A DNA stretch of 36,574 bases from an uncultured Bifidobacterium sp. (GTDB taxonomy: Bacteria > Fibrobacterota > Fibrobacteria > UBA11236). The notes under the pieces were generated by a model, which had not been told where the DNA came from, made no database searches, and was given only the letters and a program-made list of their open reading frames with translations. The stretch covers positions 1-36,574 of the forward strand of contig CAZKRC010000005.1 in NCBI GenBank assembly GCA_964555105.1, in the 5' to 3' direction. Position numbers and translations under genes: made by a program. Of this stretch, positions 24,198-32,858 are shown piece by piece. How positions within the stretch are numbered: position 1 is the first letter of the stretch; each line of letters starts with the position of its first letter.

Positions 24198-26282
24198 ATG
24201 TCCATGACCAACTCACTCGCGCGCGCCGCCAGCCCCTATCTTCGTCAGCATCAACACAATCCCGTGGATTGGGTTGAATGGAGCGAAGAGGCCTTCGCGC
24301 GTGCACGCGCCGGGAACAAACTCGTGCTGGTCAGTTCGGGGTATGCCGCCTGCCACTGGTGTCATGTCATGGCGCACGAATGCTTCGAGGACGAGGGCAT
24401 CGCCGCCATCATGAACCGCGAGTTCATTTGCATCAAGGTGGATCGCGAGGAACGCCCCGACGTCGATCAGGTGTACCTGGACGCGGTCCAGCTCATGACC
24501 GGACGCGGCGGATGGCCGCTCAACTGCTTCGTGCTCCCCGACGGACGTCCGGTGTACGGGGGCACGTACTTTCCGCGTGAACAGTGGCGCGCCTTGCTGG
24601 AAAACCTGGCCGACTTGCACAAACGCGAACCCGGAACCATCACCGACCAGGCGGACAAGATCACGACCCGCCTGCGGCAACTCGAAGCGCGGGGAGCCGC
24701 CGCGCCGACCGCTCCCCTTCACTGGCCGCAGGTGATGTCGACCTTTTCCTCCCGCTTCGACACGGAGAACGGAGGCACGGGCCACGCCCCCAAATTCCCC
24801 ATGCCCTGCGAATGGGCCTTCCTGCTCCGTTACGGAACGCGTGCAGGCGATACCGCGGTTCTCGCCCAGGTGCGCCGCACGCTCGACCGCATGGCCGCCG
24901 GCGGCATTCACGATCAGGTCGGCGGTGGTTTCGCGCGCTACTCCGTGGATGCGGAGTGGCATGTTCCGCACTTCGAGAAAATGCTGTACGACAATGCACA
25001 GCTCCTGGAATTGTATGCCGAAGCCGCCGTCGCGCTGGACGCTTCGTATCGCGACGTGGCACTCGGCATCGCGGCCTTCGTGGAACGGGAGCTTGCGGCC
25101 GGCCAAGGGCTTGCGGGGAGTTACTGCTCCGCCCTCGACGCCGACAGCGAAGGGGAGGAAGGGGTTTTCTACGTCTGGACGCGCGCGGAATTGTCCCGCG
25201 TCCTCGGCGATCGCTTTCCGGTGCTGGCGGACCTGTTCGGGGTGCATGTCGACGCCGACGGGGGGGCCGCGCATTGGGAACACGGACGCCACGTGTTGGT
25301 CAGGCGGTTTACGGTGGCGGAATGGGCCGCGCGCCACGGGATGACCCCCGAAGCCGCGGCCCGGTTGCTCGACGAAGGATGTCGCGATCTTCTGCAGGCG
25401 CGGGAGGCGCGGGAGCGCCCGATGCGGGACGACAAGGTGCTGACGGGCTGGAACGGGCTGATGATCTCGGCGCTTGCCCGCGCGGGGCGCCTGCTCGACG
25501 AACCCGTGCTGGTCGCGCGCGCGCGCCGCGCCGCCGACGTGCTGCTGGCGAAGGCCCGCCGCCCGGACGGCGGCCTGTGGCGTCGAGGGCATGTCGACCA
25601 CGGGGACGGCGGCGCGGGATCCTTCGGCATCGACGCCTTCCTCGAGGACTATGCCTGTCTCGCGCGCGGATTGATCGCCCTGTACCAAGCGACCTTCGAA
25701 GAGCGCTATCTCACGGCCGCGCATGAGTTGGCCCTTTACGCGCTCGCTCACTGCGCGGACGCTCCCGACGCGGAAGGGCGCGTCGCACCGCTTCTGTATT
25801 TCACGGCCGACAATGCACCCCAGGTTCTGATCCGGAAAAAAGAACTGCAGGACAACGTGATACCCTCGTCCAACGCCTTGATGGCGGAGGTGCTGTTTCA
25901 ACTGGCGGATTACTTCACCGATCCGGCCCTGCACGCACGAGCCTCGGCGATGTGCGCCGCCGTGGCGGCGGATTTACCGACGTATGCGCCCGCCTACGCG
26001 CACTGGGCGCAGGTGATCTTCCTCGAAGAGCAGGCGCCCGTGACCTTGGCCGTGGTCGGTCCGCAGGTGACGGATTTTTTGAACGCTACCACTTCAAGGT
26101 TCCTGCCGCACGTACGCATCGCCGGCGCGTCCGGTGATTCAGGCATCCCCCTGCTGCAAGACAAATACACGACCGACGCAACACGCGGCTTCCGGTGCGA
26201 AGCGGGTACTTGCGGGCTGCCGACCCCGGAATGGGCGGAACTGCTTGCGGCCGAAGAACGGGCATGGGTACCGGAAACGTGA
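24198..26282 (+). CDS. yyaL: Thioredoxin-domain protein of the YyaL/DUF255 family (thioredoxin-like N-domain plus alpha/alpha-toroid domain)
   Basis: [84 protein letters not shown], 694 aa. Confidence 0.85.
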   Translation: MSMTNSLARAASPYLRQHQHNPVDWVEWSEEAFARARAGNKLVLVSSGYAACHWCHVMAHECFEDEGIAAIMNREFICIKVDREERPDVDQVYLDAVQLMTGRGGWPLNCFVLPDGRPVYGGTYFPREQWRALLENLADLHKREPGTITDQADKITTRLRQLEARGAAAPTAPLHWPQVMSTFSSRFDTENGGTGHAPKFPMPCEWAFLLRYGTRAGDTAVLAQVRRTLDRMAAGGIHDQVGGGFARYSVDAEWHVPHFEKMLYDNAQLLELYAEAAVALDASYRDVALGIAAFVERELAAGQGLAGSYCSALDADSEGEEGVFYVWTRAELSRVLGDRFPVLADLFGVHVDADGGAAHWEHGRHVLVRRFTVAEWAARHGMTPEAAARLLDEGCRDLLQAREARERPMRDDKVLTGWNGLMISALARAGRLLDEPVLVARARRAADVLLAKARRPDGGLWRRGHVDHGDGGAGSFGIDAFLEDYACLARGLIALYQATFEERYLTAAHELALYALAHCADAPDAEGRVAPLLYFTADNAPQVLIRKKELQDNVIPSSNALMAEVLFQLADYFTDPALHARASAMCAAVAADLPTYAPAYAHWAQVIFLEEQAPVTLAVVGPQVTDFLNATTSRFLPHVRIAGASGDSGIPLLQDKYTTDATRGFRCEAGTCGLPTPEWAELLAAEERAWVPET

Positions 26283-26605
26283 ACGCGGCTCCGATCCCCG
26301 CGGAGCTCGCGGCCACGGTGCGCGAGGTACAAGACGCCTGTCTCCTCACGGTGCGCGTCACGCCGCGCGCCTCCGCGACCGGAATCCTCGGGCTCGCCTC
26401 CGGGCGGCTGCGCATCCGCTTGCAGGCCCCACCCGTGGAAGGTGCCGCCAATGCGGCGCTGGAAGGCTTTCTGGCCAAAACGTGTGGCGTTGCCAAGTCC
26501 TCGGTCCGCGTGGAGCGCGGAACGACGGGACGCGAGAAAACCGTACGCATCGAGGGCGTCCCGCGCGCCACGCTTCTGCATCGCCTTGCGGAGGCGATAC
26601 CGTGA
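26264..26605 (+). CDS. yggU: DUF167 (YggU-like) protein
   Basis: [17 protein letters not shown]...[53 protein letters not shown] at 26264 overlaps the yyaL 3' end by 19 nt (alternative GTG at 26279). The stop overlaps the mqnA GTG. Confidence 0.75.
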   Translation: MGTGNVNAAPIPAELAATVREVQDACLLTVRVTPRASATGILGLASGRLRIRLQAPPVEGAANAALEGFLAKTCGVAKSSVRVERGTTGREKTVRIEGVPRATLLHRLAEAIP

Positions 26606-27549
26606 ATCGGGAACCGGCTTCCCCCGTGGCCGCGGTTTCCGCGCCGTCCGGATCAATACCTTCCGGCGGCGACGACCGGCATGATGACCGGCACGATGAC
26701 CGGTCTCCGCACGCACAGGTCTTGCGTGTCGGGCGCATTCCCTTCCTGGTGTGCGCGCCCTACTTTCACGCTTCGTTGGAGGGCTTGCCCGCCACCACCT
26801 TCACGGAAGGACCGCCGCGCGCGCTCAACCCGCTGCTGGCTTCCGGTGCGCTCGATTGTGCGCCGTCGTCAAGTTTCGAATACGCCCGCCATGCGTCCGA
26901 ATACGTTCTGATCCCGGGCTTGTGCACCTCGGGCCGCGGCGAGGTCAAGTCCGTGCTGCTGTTCTCGCGCGTGCCGTGGGAGGAACTGGGCGGTGCCCCC
27001 GTCGCGCTGTCTCCGGACTCCGACACCTCCAATGCGCTGGTGCGCGTGCTCAGCCGTTTCCGCTTCGCGGTGGATCCGCTCTTCCTGCCGCCGGCGGCGC
27101 CCGGTGCGCCGGAACGGGTGATGGGCAAGGTTGCCATCGGCGACGCCGCGCTGCGGGAGGCGTCCGCGGGGGAGTGGCCCTACCGTTACGATCTGGCGCG
27201 GGTCTGGCAGGAGTGGCAGGGCGTCCCCTTGCCGCTAGGAGTCTGGATCCTGCGCGCGCAGGCGGTGCGTGAAAAGCCGGAACTGGTGGCGGCGTACGCA
27301 CGTCACCTGCACGACTCGCTGCGGGCTTTCTTCGCGGATCCCGACGCCGCCCTGGACGCGTGGGAACGCGCCTTCGGTCTTCCCCTGGATCGCGCCGGCT
27401 CGCTGGACTTCTTTTCTACCGCCGACTACGCGCTGACGGAAGCCCATGCGCGCGCGCTGTCGTCGTTCTTCGCGCTGTGCGCCGCGTCGGGATTGCTCGA
27501 CGAGGCGCCGCCATTGCGGTGGTACGGCGCGGAGGGAGCGCGGGAATAA
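26602..27549 (+). CDS. mqnA: Chorismate dehydratase MqnA (futalosine pathway of menaquinone biosynthesis)
   Basis: GTG at 26602 (GTGA overlap with the yggU-like stop). Contains LRVGRIPFLVCAPYFH, LASGALDCAPSSSFEYAR, VALSPDSDTSNALVRVL, VAIGDAAL and PLPLGVWILR, matching the MqnA/DUF178 periplasmic-binding-like pattern. The track ORF upstream part (26134-26601) overlaps other genes. Confidence 0.7.
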   Translation: MNREPASPVAAVSAPSGSIPSGGDDRHDDRHDDRSPHAQVLRVGRIPFLVCAPYFHASLEGLPATTFTEGPPRALNPLLASGALDCAPSSSFEYARHASEYVLIPGLCTSGRGEVKSVLLFSRVPWEELGGAPVALSPDSDTSNALVRVLSRFRFAVDPLFLPPAAPGAPERVMGKVAIGDAALREASAGEWPYRYDLARVWQEWQGVPLPLGVWILRAQAVREKPELVAAYARHLHDSLRAFFADPDAALDAWERAFGLPLDRAGSLDFFSTADYALTEAHARALSSFFALCAASGLLDEAPPLRWYGAEGARE

Positions 27550-27630
27550 GGCCGGAAGCGTCGTCGCCTTCCATCGCTCCCGTCGCTCCCGTCGCATCCC
27601 CGGTGTTCCCTCCTCATGTATCTTTGATTC

Positions 27631-27978
27631 ATGTCTTCACGCTTGGTACGCGTCCCCGACGTCGCCTCCCTCAAACACGGTGAAACCCGCGTGTTCAGCT
27701 GGCCTTCGGAATACGGTGAGCTCGAAGGGTTCGTGATCCGGCACGGCGACAACCTGCGCGCGTACGAGAACAAGTGCAAGCACCTCCCCATCCCGCTTGA
27801 TTACGGGGACGGTGACTTCTGGTACGGGGCCATCGATCGCATCGTCTGCAAGACCCACGGCGCGAGCTACGATCCGGACACGGGTTATTGCGACGATGGC
27901 CCCTGCGAGGGAGCTTCCCTCACGCGTTTCGATATCGAGCGCGAAGGCGACGACGCGGTCATTCTGATACCGGGCTGA
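27631..27978 (+). CDS. Small Rieske [2Fe-2S] domain protein
   Basis: 115 aa with CKHLPIP (C-x-H) and CKTHGASYD (C-x-x-H) ligand boxes about 30 aa apart. ATG at 27631. Confidence 0.8.
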   Translation: MSSRLVRVPDVASLKHGETRVFSWPSEYGELEGFVIRHGDNLRAYENKCKHLPIPLDYGDGDFWYGAIDRIVCKTHGASYDPDTGYCDDGPCEGASLTRFDIEREGDDAVILIPG

Positions 27979-28028
27979 CCGGCCACACGTCGGGCCGCCG
28001 CCACCCCGTCGCACCGCGCGACCGTCGT

Positions 28029-28559
28029 TCAGGGGCTCGCGTACTTCTTCAGCTTGCGTTGCAGGCTTTGGCGGCGAAGCCCCAGCAGGCGCGCCGCCTG
28101 GCTCACGTTGCCGCCACACTGCGTCATGACGTATTCGATGTACTCGCGTTCGTTGCGCGCGAGGGTGGCGGCGCCGGCTTCGCGATCCTCTTCGGCCGAG
28201 GGGCGCGGCCCCAGATCCAGGGCCCACAGCAACCACGGCAGCGACACGGGCTTGGCGAGATAGTGGGCCGCGCCGAGTCGTCCCGCTTCCAGTGCGGTGG
28301 AATGGCTGCCGTACCCGGTCATCAGCACGGCGCGGCACATCGGATTGACCGCGCGCAGCGCGGCGAGCGCGTCGAGTCCGGTTTCTCCGCCCGCGCCCGC
28401 GAGCCGGAGGTCGAGTACGGCGGCGTCGAGCGCGCGCAGATCGGTGGTCGAGGCTTCGGACCACGAGGCGGCCGCGTGAACGTGATGACCGAGATCCGCA
28501 AGCTCGCGCGTCAACGTACGGCGCAGCGGCGCGTCGTCCTCCAGAATCAGAATCCTCAT
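28029..28559 (-). CDS. regA: RegA/PrrA/ActR-like response regulator (receiver plus Fis-type HTH)
   Basis: MRILILEDDAPLRRTL, AAVLDLRL (Asp), VLMTGYGS, YLAKP. C-terminal GNVSQAARLLGLRRQSLQRKLKKYASP, 176 aa. The ATG overlaps the kinase stop (ATGA at 28556-28559). Confidence 0.75.
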   Translation of the reverse strand: MRILILEDDAPLRRTLTRELADLGHHVHAAASWSEASTTDLRALDAAVLDLRLAGAGGETGLDALAALRAVNPMCRAVLMTGYGSHSTALEAGRLGAAHYLAKPVSLPWLLWALDLGPRPSAEEDREAGAATLARNEREYIEYVMTQCGGNVSQAARLLGLRRQSLQRKLKKYASP

Positions 28560-29890
28560 GATGCCTCCGTGTGCCGCGGCGCGCGCGGCAGGGTCAGTAC
28601 GGCGTCCGTGCCGCCGCCGTCGCGGGCGGAGAGCGCGAGCGAGCCCCCCAGCGATTCGGTGAGATGCAGCGCCGCGAACAACCCCAGGCCCCGGCCTGAA
28701 CCCTTGTCGCTGTTGAAGGGTGATCCGAGGGCCTGCAGCACCGCGGGCGTCACGCCCGAGCCACGGTCCGAGACGATGATCCGCAGGGCCTCCCGCCCTT
28801 TTTCGCGGGCGGCGGACAGCCCGACTTCGACGGTTCCGTGCGCGGGCGACGCCTCCTCGGCATTGCGCAGCAACGTCACCAGGATCTGCGCCAATCCCAC
28901 GGCGGGTGCCGTGACGTTGTGTCCCGGCACGACGCTCGCATCCGGCCGGATCGATGCCGGCCCGACCCATTCGCGCGCGATCTTGTGCAGCAACAGCGCG
29001 GGGTCTGCCGTCTGCAGCCCGAGTTCTTCGGGATCCCAGGGGGTACCGGCCATGGAACGCACGATGCGGTCGCAACGCGCCAGGCTTTCGCGCAACTCGT
29101 CCCACTCCTCGCCCCACTCATCACCCCACTCCTTACTTAAGGCGGGAGAGGCGTACGGCGCGCCTTTTCGCCGCAACCGGTCGGCCAACAGGCCCGCGGC
29201 GTTCAAGGGGCTGGCCAACTCGTGGCAAAAACCGGCCGCGACCGCTCCGGCCGCGCGCAGGCGATCCTGCTGCCGGATGCGCTCCTGCGCCTCGCGCCAA
29301 CGATCGCGATAATGACGGTTGAGGCGCGCCGCGAAAATCGAAAGGCCTGATACCGCGCCCGCGAGGGCCCACTCGTAGGCGAGGTTGGGGCCCAACGGCC
29401 CGATCCAGGTGTAGGCGTTGCCCAGGCTTTGCGTGCTTCCCGCCAACAACGTCAGGGACCCGAAGCCCAGCACCAGCGCGGCCAATGCCCCGCGCGGCGA
29501 CAGCACGATGCCCGCCAATCCGATCTGGAAATGAATCAGGGAATGAACCGGATTGGTCAATCCCCCCGACACGCTGAAGAGAATGGTCATGGCTGTGAGA
29601 TCGACGGCGATCTGCAGGAGCAGCAACGCCGGGCCCACGCGTAATCCCCGCTTGCGCCACGCCCCCGTCATCACGTTGAACGCCAACAGGCCGGCCAAGG
29701 CACCCAGATACCACGGGATGTCCGACGCGAACATCCAGCCGTACCGCAGCGCGGGATACAGCAGCGCCAGTTCGAACAGGATGTGCAGGAAGCGCAGGCG
29801 CACGATCAGCGAAAGGGCCCAGCGCGCCTGGTCCTCGCTCCCGTCGGGCAGGGCCGCCGCACGGAACAGCAGTTCACGGAAGCTCTTCAT
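28556..29890 (-). CDS. regB: RegB/PrrB/ActS-like membrane redox-sensing histidine kinase
   Basis: About six N-terminal TM segments. GGLTNPV (29546-29566) resembles the RegB quinone motif GGxxNPF. H-box FCHELASPLN. Cys flanked by Arg (SLARCDRIV). N/G boxes LLRNAEEAS, VSDRGSGV, GSGRGLGL. ATG at 29890 (MKSFREL); the track ORF starts at 29926. Confidence 0.7.
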   Translation of the reverse strand: MKSFRELLFRAAALPDGSEDQARWALSLIVRLRFLHILFELALLYPALRYGWMFASDIPWYLGALAGLLAFNVMTGAWRKRGLRVGPALLLLQIAVDLTAMTILFSVSGGLTNPVHSLIHFQIGLAGIVLSPRGALAALVLGFGSLTLLAGSTQSLGNAYTWIGPLGPNLAYEWALAGAVSGLSIFAARLNRHYRDRWREAQERIRQQDRLRAAGAVAAGFCHELASPLNAAGLLADRLRRKGAPYASPALSKEWGDEWGEEWDELRESLARCDRIVRSMAGTPWDPEELGLQTADPALLLHKIAREWVGPASIRPDASVVPGHNVTAPAVGLAQILVTLLRNAEEASPAHGTVEVGLSAAREKGREALRIIVSDRGSGVTPAVLQALGSPFNSDKGSGRGLGLFAALHLTESLGGSLALSARDGGGTDAVLTLPRAPRHTEAS

Positions 29891-29968
29891 CGCACGATAA
29901 AGGTAGGAAGCCGTCCGAAGCCGCACGCGTGGTGGCTACACTCCTTCCGGCCAAGTAGATTACTGCCC

Positions 29969-31048
29969 ATGAACGCGGGTCCGGACGGTTTCAACAAGGG
30001 GATTCGGGGGGGAAGCGCGGGGGCCTCCCGCTTCCGGACGTTTGCGGGGGGAGCGCTGGCGCTGTTGCTGACGGGGTTGTCCGGGTGTCTGTCGGGCCCG
30101 GAGGAGCGCGGTCCCACGTGGGTCACACCGGCTCCTCCGCCGGGGTGGCCGGCCATCGTGTGGCCGGAGGACAATCCGTATCACCCCGAAAAAGCCGAGC
30201 TGGGCCGGCTTCTGTTCTTCGACACCCGCCTGAGCCGGGACAAGGTCATCAGTTGCTCCTGGTGCCATTCCGAGCGGGCCTCCTTCGCGGACAACCACCA
30301 TACCCCGTTCAGCACCGGTTTCAATCTGATCCCGACGCGGCGCAACACGCCCACGCTGGTCAACGTCGCCTTCGGCTCGTCGTTCATGTCGGCGGGCGAG
30401 GTCGCGACGTTGGAGGAACAGGCGGTGATGCCGCTCCTGTCATCCGAAGAGATGAACATGACCGCCGATGCGATCGAAGCGGTGCTTGCGGAAGACCACG
30501 ATTACGTCTCCCGTTTCCACGCGGCCTTCGGGCCGGGACCAATCACCCTGGAACGCGTCGCCAAGGCGCTGGCGACGTATCAACGCACTTTGATCAGCGC
30601 CAGCGCACCCTTCGACGCCTGGCAGGCGGGTGACGACGCGGCCCTTACCGAACCGCAGCGTCGGGGACACGCGTTGTTCGTCGGTAAGGGCAACTGCGCC
30701 GCCTGCCATATCCCCCCCCTGTTTACCGATGGCAAGTATTACAATACCGGCCTCGAAAGTGTCAGCGTGGACTCGGGGCGCATGCATGTGACGGGACTGG
30801 CGGCGGACATGGGAAAGTTCAAGACGCCCACCTTGCGCAACGTAAGCTACACCCAACCGTACATGCACGATGGGCGATTCCTGGAGCTCCGTGAGGTGGT
30901 GGATCATTACAACTCCGGTGGCCATGCGCACCCCGCGCGCGATGCGCGCATCCGTCCGTTGGGATTGACGTACGATGAGGTCGGCGACCTGGTGGCGTTC
31001 CTGGAAAGCCTGACGGACCAGGAGTTTCTGGACCGGCATAACCCTTGA
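29969..31048 (+). CDS. ccp: Di-haem cytochrome c peroxidase (BCCP/MauG family), lipoprotein; paralog 1
   Basis: ATG at 29969. Lipobox LTGLSGC. Haem motifs CSWCH and CAACH. Conserved FKTPTLRNV and PYMHDGRF. Confidence 0.88.
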   Translation: MNAGPDGFNKGIRGGSAGASRFRTFAGGALALLLTGLSGCLSGPEERGPTWVTPAPPPGWPAIVWPEDNPYHPEKAELGRLLFFDTRLSRDKVISCSWCHSERASFADNHHTPFSTGFNLIPTRRNTPTLVNVAFGSSFMSAGEVATLEEQAVMPLLSSEEMNMTADAIEAVLAEDHDYVSRFHAAFGPGPITLERVAKALATYQRTLISASAPFDAWQAGDDAALTEPQRRGHALFVGKGNCAACHIPPLFTDGKYYNTGLESVSVDSGRMHVTGLAADMGKFKTPTLRNVSYTQPYMHDGRFLELREVVDHYNSGGHAHPARDARIRPLGLTYDEVGDLVAFLESLTDQEFLDRHNP

Positions 31049-31169
31049 AACTCGTTGCCTTTGAGCTTCCCGGGCAGGGGAAAAGCCGGGGCGCATCCGG
31101 CGGAAACGGGCGGGCCCGGTCGCGTTTGGGTGTGGGGACGCGGCGTCCCGTCCACGCTCCCGACGAAAT

Positions 31170-31197
31170 TTGTCAAAAACCCAATAGATACTAGATT
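31170..31197 (+). promoter_or_regulatory. Sigma70-like promoter candidate upstream of the transaldolase-family gene
   Basis: TTGTCA (31170-31175), 16-nt spacer, TAGATT (31192-31197), in an AT-rich patch about 50 nt upstream of the ATG at 31250. Motif evidence only. Confidence 0.3.
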
Positions 31198-31249
31198 GAT
31201 TCGGACACACAGAAAAAGAAGTATCACCCATTCGGTTATGGAGAGCCCC

Positions 31250-32164
31250 ATGTTTCAGCCCATCCCCAATAGTGCCGCCATGCTCGCCCGTCGCGAAAAA
31301 ATGCCGGTCATCAACGTCACCAAAAAAGAAAACACGATCGAACATCCGGCCGCCAAAGGCCCGCGCATTTTCTGCGACTCGGCCGTCAAGGCGGACATCG
31401 AGCCCCTGCTCAAGGCCGGTCTGATCCACGGCATCACCACGAATCCCACGCTGCTGAAAAAGGCGGGCGCGAGGTCGTGGCAGGAAGCCAAGGACATCAT
31501 GAAGGATCTGTGCGCCATGCTGGATCCGTTTCCCGTATCGCTTGAACTGACCGAACTGACGGAAGAGAAAATGGTCGAGCAGGCGTCCGAACTCGGTGCG
31601 CTGGGCAAGAACGCCGTGATCAAGGTTCCGATGGGCGGTTACGCCGCCGTCGTCGACGGCGGGGATCCGTTCACCGGACTCAAGGTCGTCCGTCGCCTCT
31701 GGGAAAAGGGCATCAAGACCAACGTCACTTTGATCTTCAACACGACCCAGGCCGTCTGGGCCGCCAATGCCGGCGCCACCTACATCTCGCCGTTCCTGGG
31801 GCGCATTCCCGACTACCTCGGCAAGCACGATGACGCGAAGCGTCCTTCGGGCAACAGCCTGTACTGGCTGGGCGAAGGCGATGCGAAGACGTCCAACTCG
31901 GAATACGTCGCGTCCGGCGGTGAGCGTCGCGATGCGGGCGCCCGCCTGATTTTCGAGATCGCCCACGTGTACGCCAACTATGGCATCACCACCGAAATCC
32001 TCGCGGCCAGCATTCGCAACCCGGTGCAGGTCACCGAGTGTCTGCTCGCGGGCGCGGACATCCTCACGGTTCCGGCGAACGTGCTCAGCACGGTTGCCGA
32101 TCATCCATTGAGCGATTCGGGCATGGTGGGCTTCCTCGAGGACTCCAAGGCGTTCAGCGGCTAA
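31250..32164 (+). CDS. tal: Transaldolase / fructose-6-phosphate aldolase family protein (long variant)
   Basis: RIFCDSAVKADIEPLLKAGLIHGITTNPTLL, Schiff-base Lys context AVIKVPMG, TNVTLIFNTTQAVWAANAGATYISPFLGRI. GGAGAG lies upstream of the ATG at 31250 (alternative ATG at 31238). There is an extra ~60-aa insertion relative to the ~220-aa Fsa/TalC type. Confidence 0.8.
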   Translation: MFQPIPNSAAMLARREKMPVINVTKKENTIEHPAAKGPRIFCDSAVKADIEPLLKAGLIHGITTNPTLLKKAGARSWQEAKDIMKDLCAMLDPFPVSLELTELTEEKMVEQASELGALGKNAVIKVPMGGYAAVVDGGDPFTGLKVVRRLWEKGIKTNVTLIFNTTQAVWAANAGATYISPFLGRIPDYLGKHDDAKRPSGNSLYWLGEGDAKTSNSEYVASGGERRDAGARLIFEIAHVYANYGITTEILAASIRNPVQVTECLLAGADILTVPANVLSTVADHPLSDSGMVGFLEDSKAFSG

Positions 32165-32188
32165 GCGTAGCTCGTGTCGAACAAGAAG

Positions 32189-32216
32189 GCGCTCCTGCAA
32201 AGGGGCGCTTTTTTTT
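32189..32216 (+). terminator. Rho-independent terminator of the transaldolase-family gene
   Basis: GCGCTCCT-GCAA-AGGGGCGC forms an 8-bp stem (one G-U pair) with a GCAA tetraloop, followed by T8 at 32209-32216. Confidence 0.85.
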
Positions 32217-32230
32217 GTGGGGACAAGTGA

Positions 32231-32307
32231 AATGCTCAATGCTCAATGCTCAATGCTCAGTGCTCATTGTTCATCGCTCATCGCTCATCGTTCATTGCTC
32301 ATTGAGC
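32231..32307. repeat. Heptamer tandem array x11 (consensus AWYGYTC)
   Basis: aatgctc x4, agtgctc, attgttc, atcgctc x2, atcgttc, attgctc, attgagc. Contiguous with no spacers, located between the terminator and the bfr-like gene. Confidence 0.9.
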
Positions 32308-32406
32308 ATGAGACGCTGTCGCTGAGACATGGTCTCTTGAATGCCGCCCTGTTTTTTCCCGGGTAACCCAGTATCTTTTTTGCATAACCTTTTCAGGGGG
32401 GTCACC

Positions 32407-32853
32407 ATGGATCTCGGTGGTGCCAACAAGGACGCGGTCGTACGCGCGCTCAACAAGATTCTGGAACTGGAACTCGCAGGGGTGGTCCGCTACACCCACT
32501 ATTCGCTGATGGTCTACGGCTACAACCGGATTCCCATCGTGAGCTGGCTTCGCGAGCAGGCGACTGAATCGCTGGCCCACGCGCAGGCGGCGGGCGAGTG
32601 GATCACGACGCTGGATGAACATCCCTCCCTTGCGGTCGGGCCGCTTCTGGAGTCGCACAAGCACGACATCGGGACGATCCTGCGCGAGTCGCTCGAGGCG
32701 GAGCAGGAAGGCCTGAAAGCCTATCGCGACCTGCTCACGCTGGTCGACGGCAAGTGCGTCGCGCTCGAGGAGTACGCCCGTGAAATGGTCCTGGCCGAAG
32801 AACAGCACACGAGCGAGGTCGTGAAGATGCTGCGGCAGCCGGGCGGCAAGTAG
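32407..32853 (+). CDS. Bacterioferritin-like (ferritin-like di-iron carboxylate superfamily) protein
   Basis: 148 aa from the ATG at 32407. Bfr-like pattern VVRALNKILELELAGVVRYTHY..., TESLAHA, EAEQEGLKAY, LAEEQH (ExxH). The canonical Bfr haem-ligand Met position appears to be Leu, and the first ExxH is spaced differently, so the exact subfamily is uncertain. Confidence 0.65.
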   Translation: MDLGGANKDAVVRALNKILELELAGVVRYTHYSLMVYGYNRIPIVSWLREQATESLAHAQAAGEWITTLDEHPSLAVGPLLESHKHDIGTILRESLEAEQEGLKAYRDLLTLVDGKCVALEEYAREMVLAEEQHTSEVVKMLRQPGGK

Positions 32854-32858
32854 TTGCC

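Noticed and set aside
16032-32239. Other long shadow ORFs: 16032..17099 (+), 17606..18832 (+), 8123..9037 (+), 24213..25934 (-), 24584..25726 (+), 27637..28464 (-), 27888..29312 (+), 30440..32239 (-), 13374..14585 (-), 13843..15072 (-).
   Set aside because: Each one overlaps, in antisense or in an alternative frame, a gene with strong family motifs (msrAB, beta-propeller protein, ftsE, yyaL, regA/regB, ccp/tal, mfd). Each also has low-complexity Arg/Pro/Gly-rich translations with no recognisable domain.
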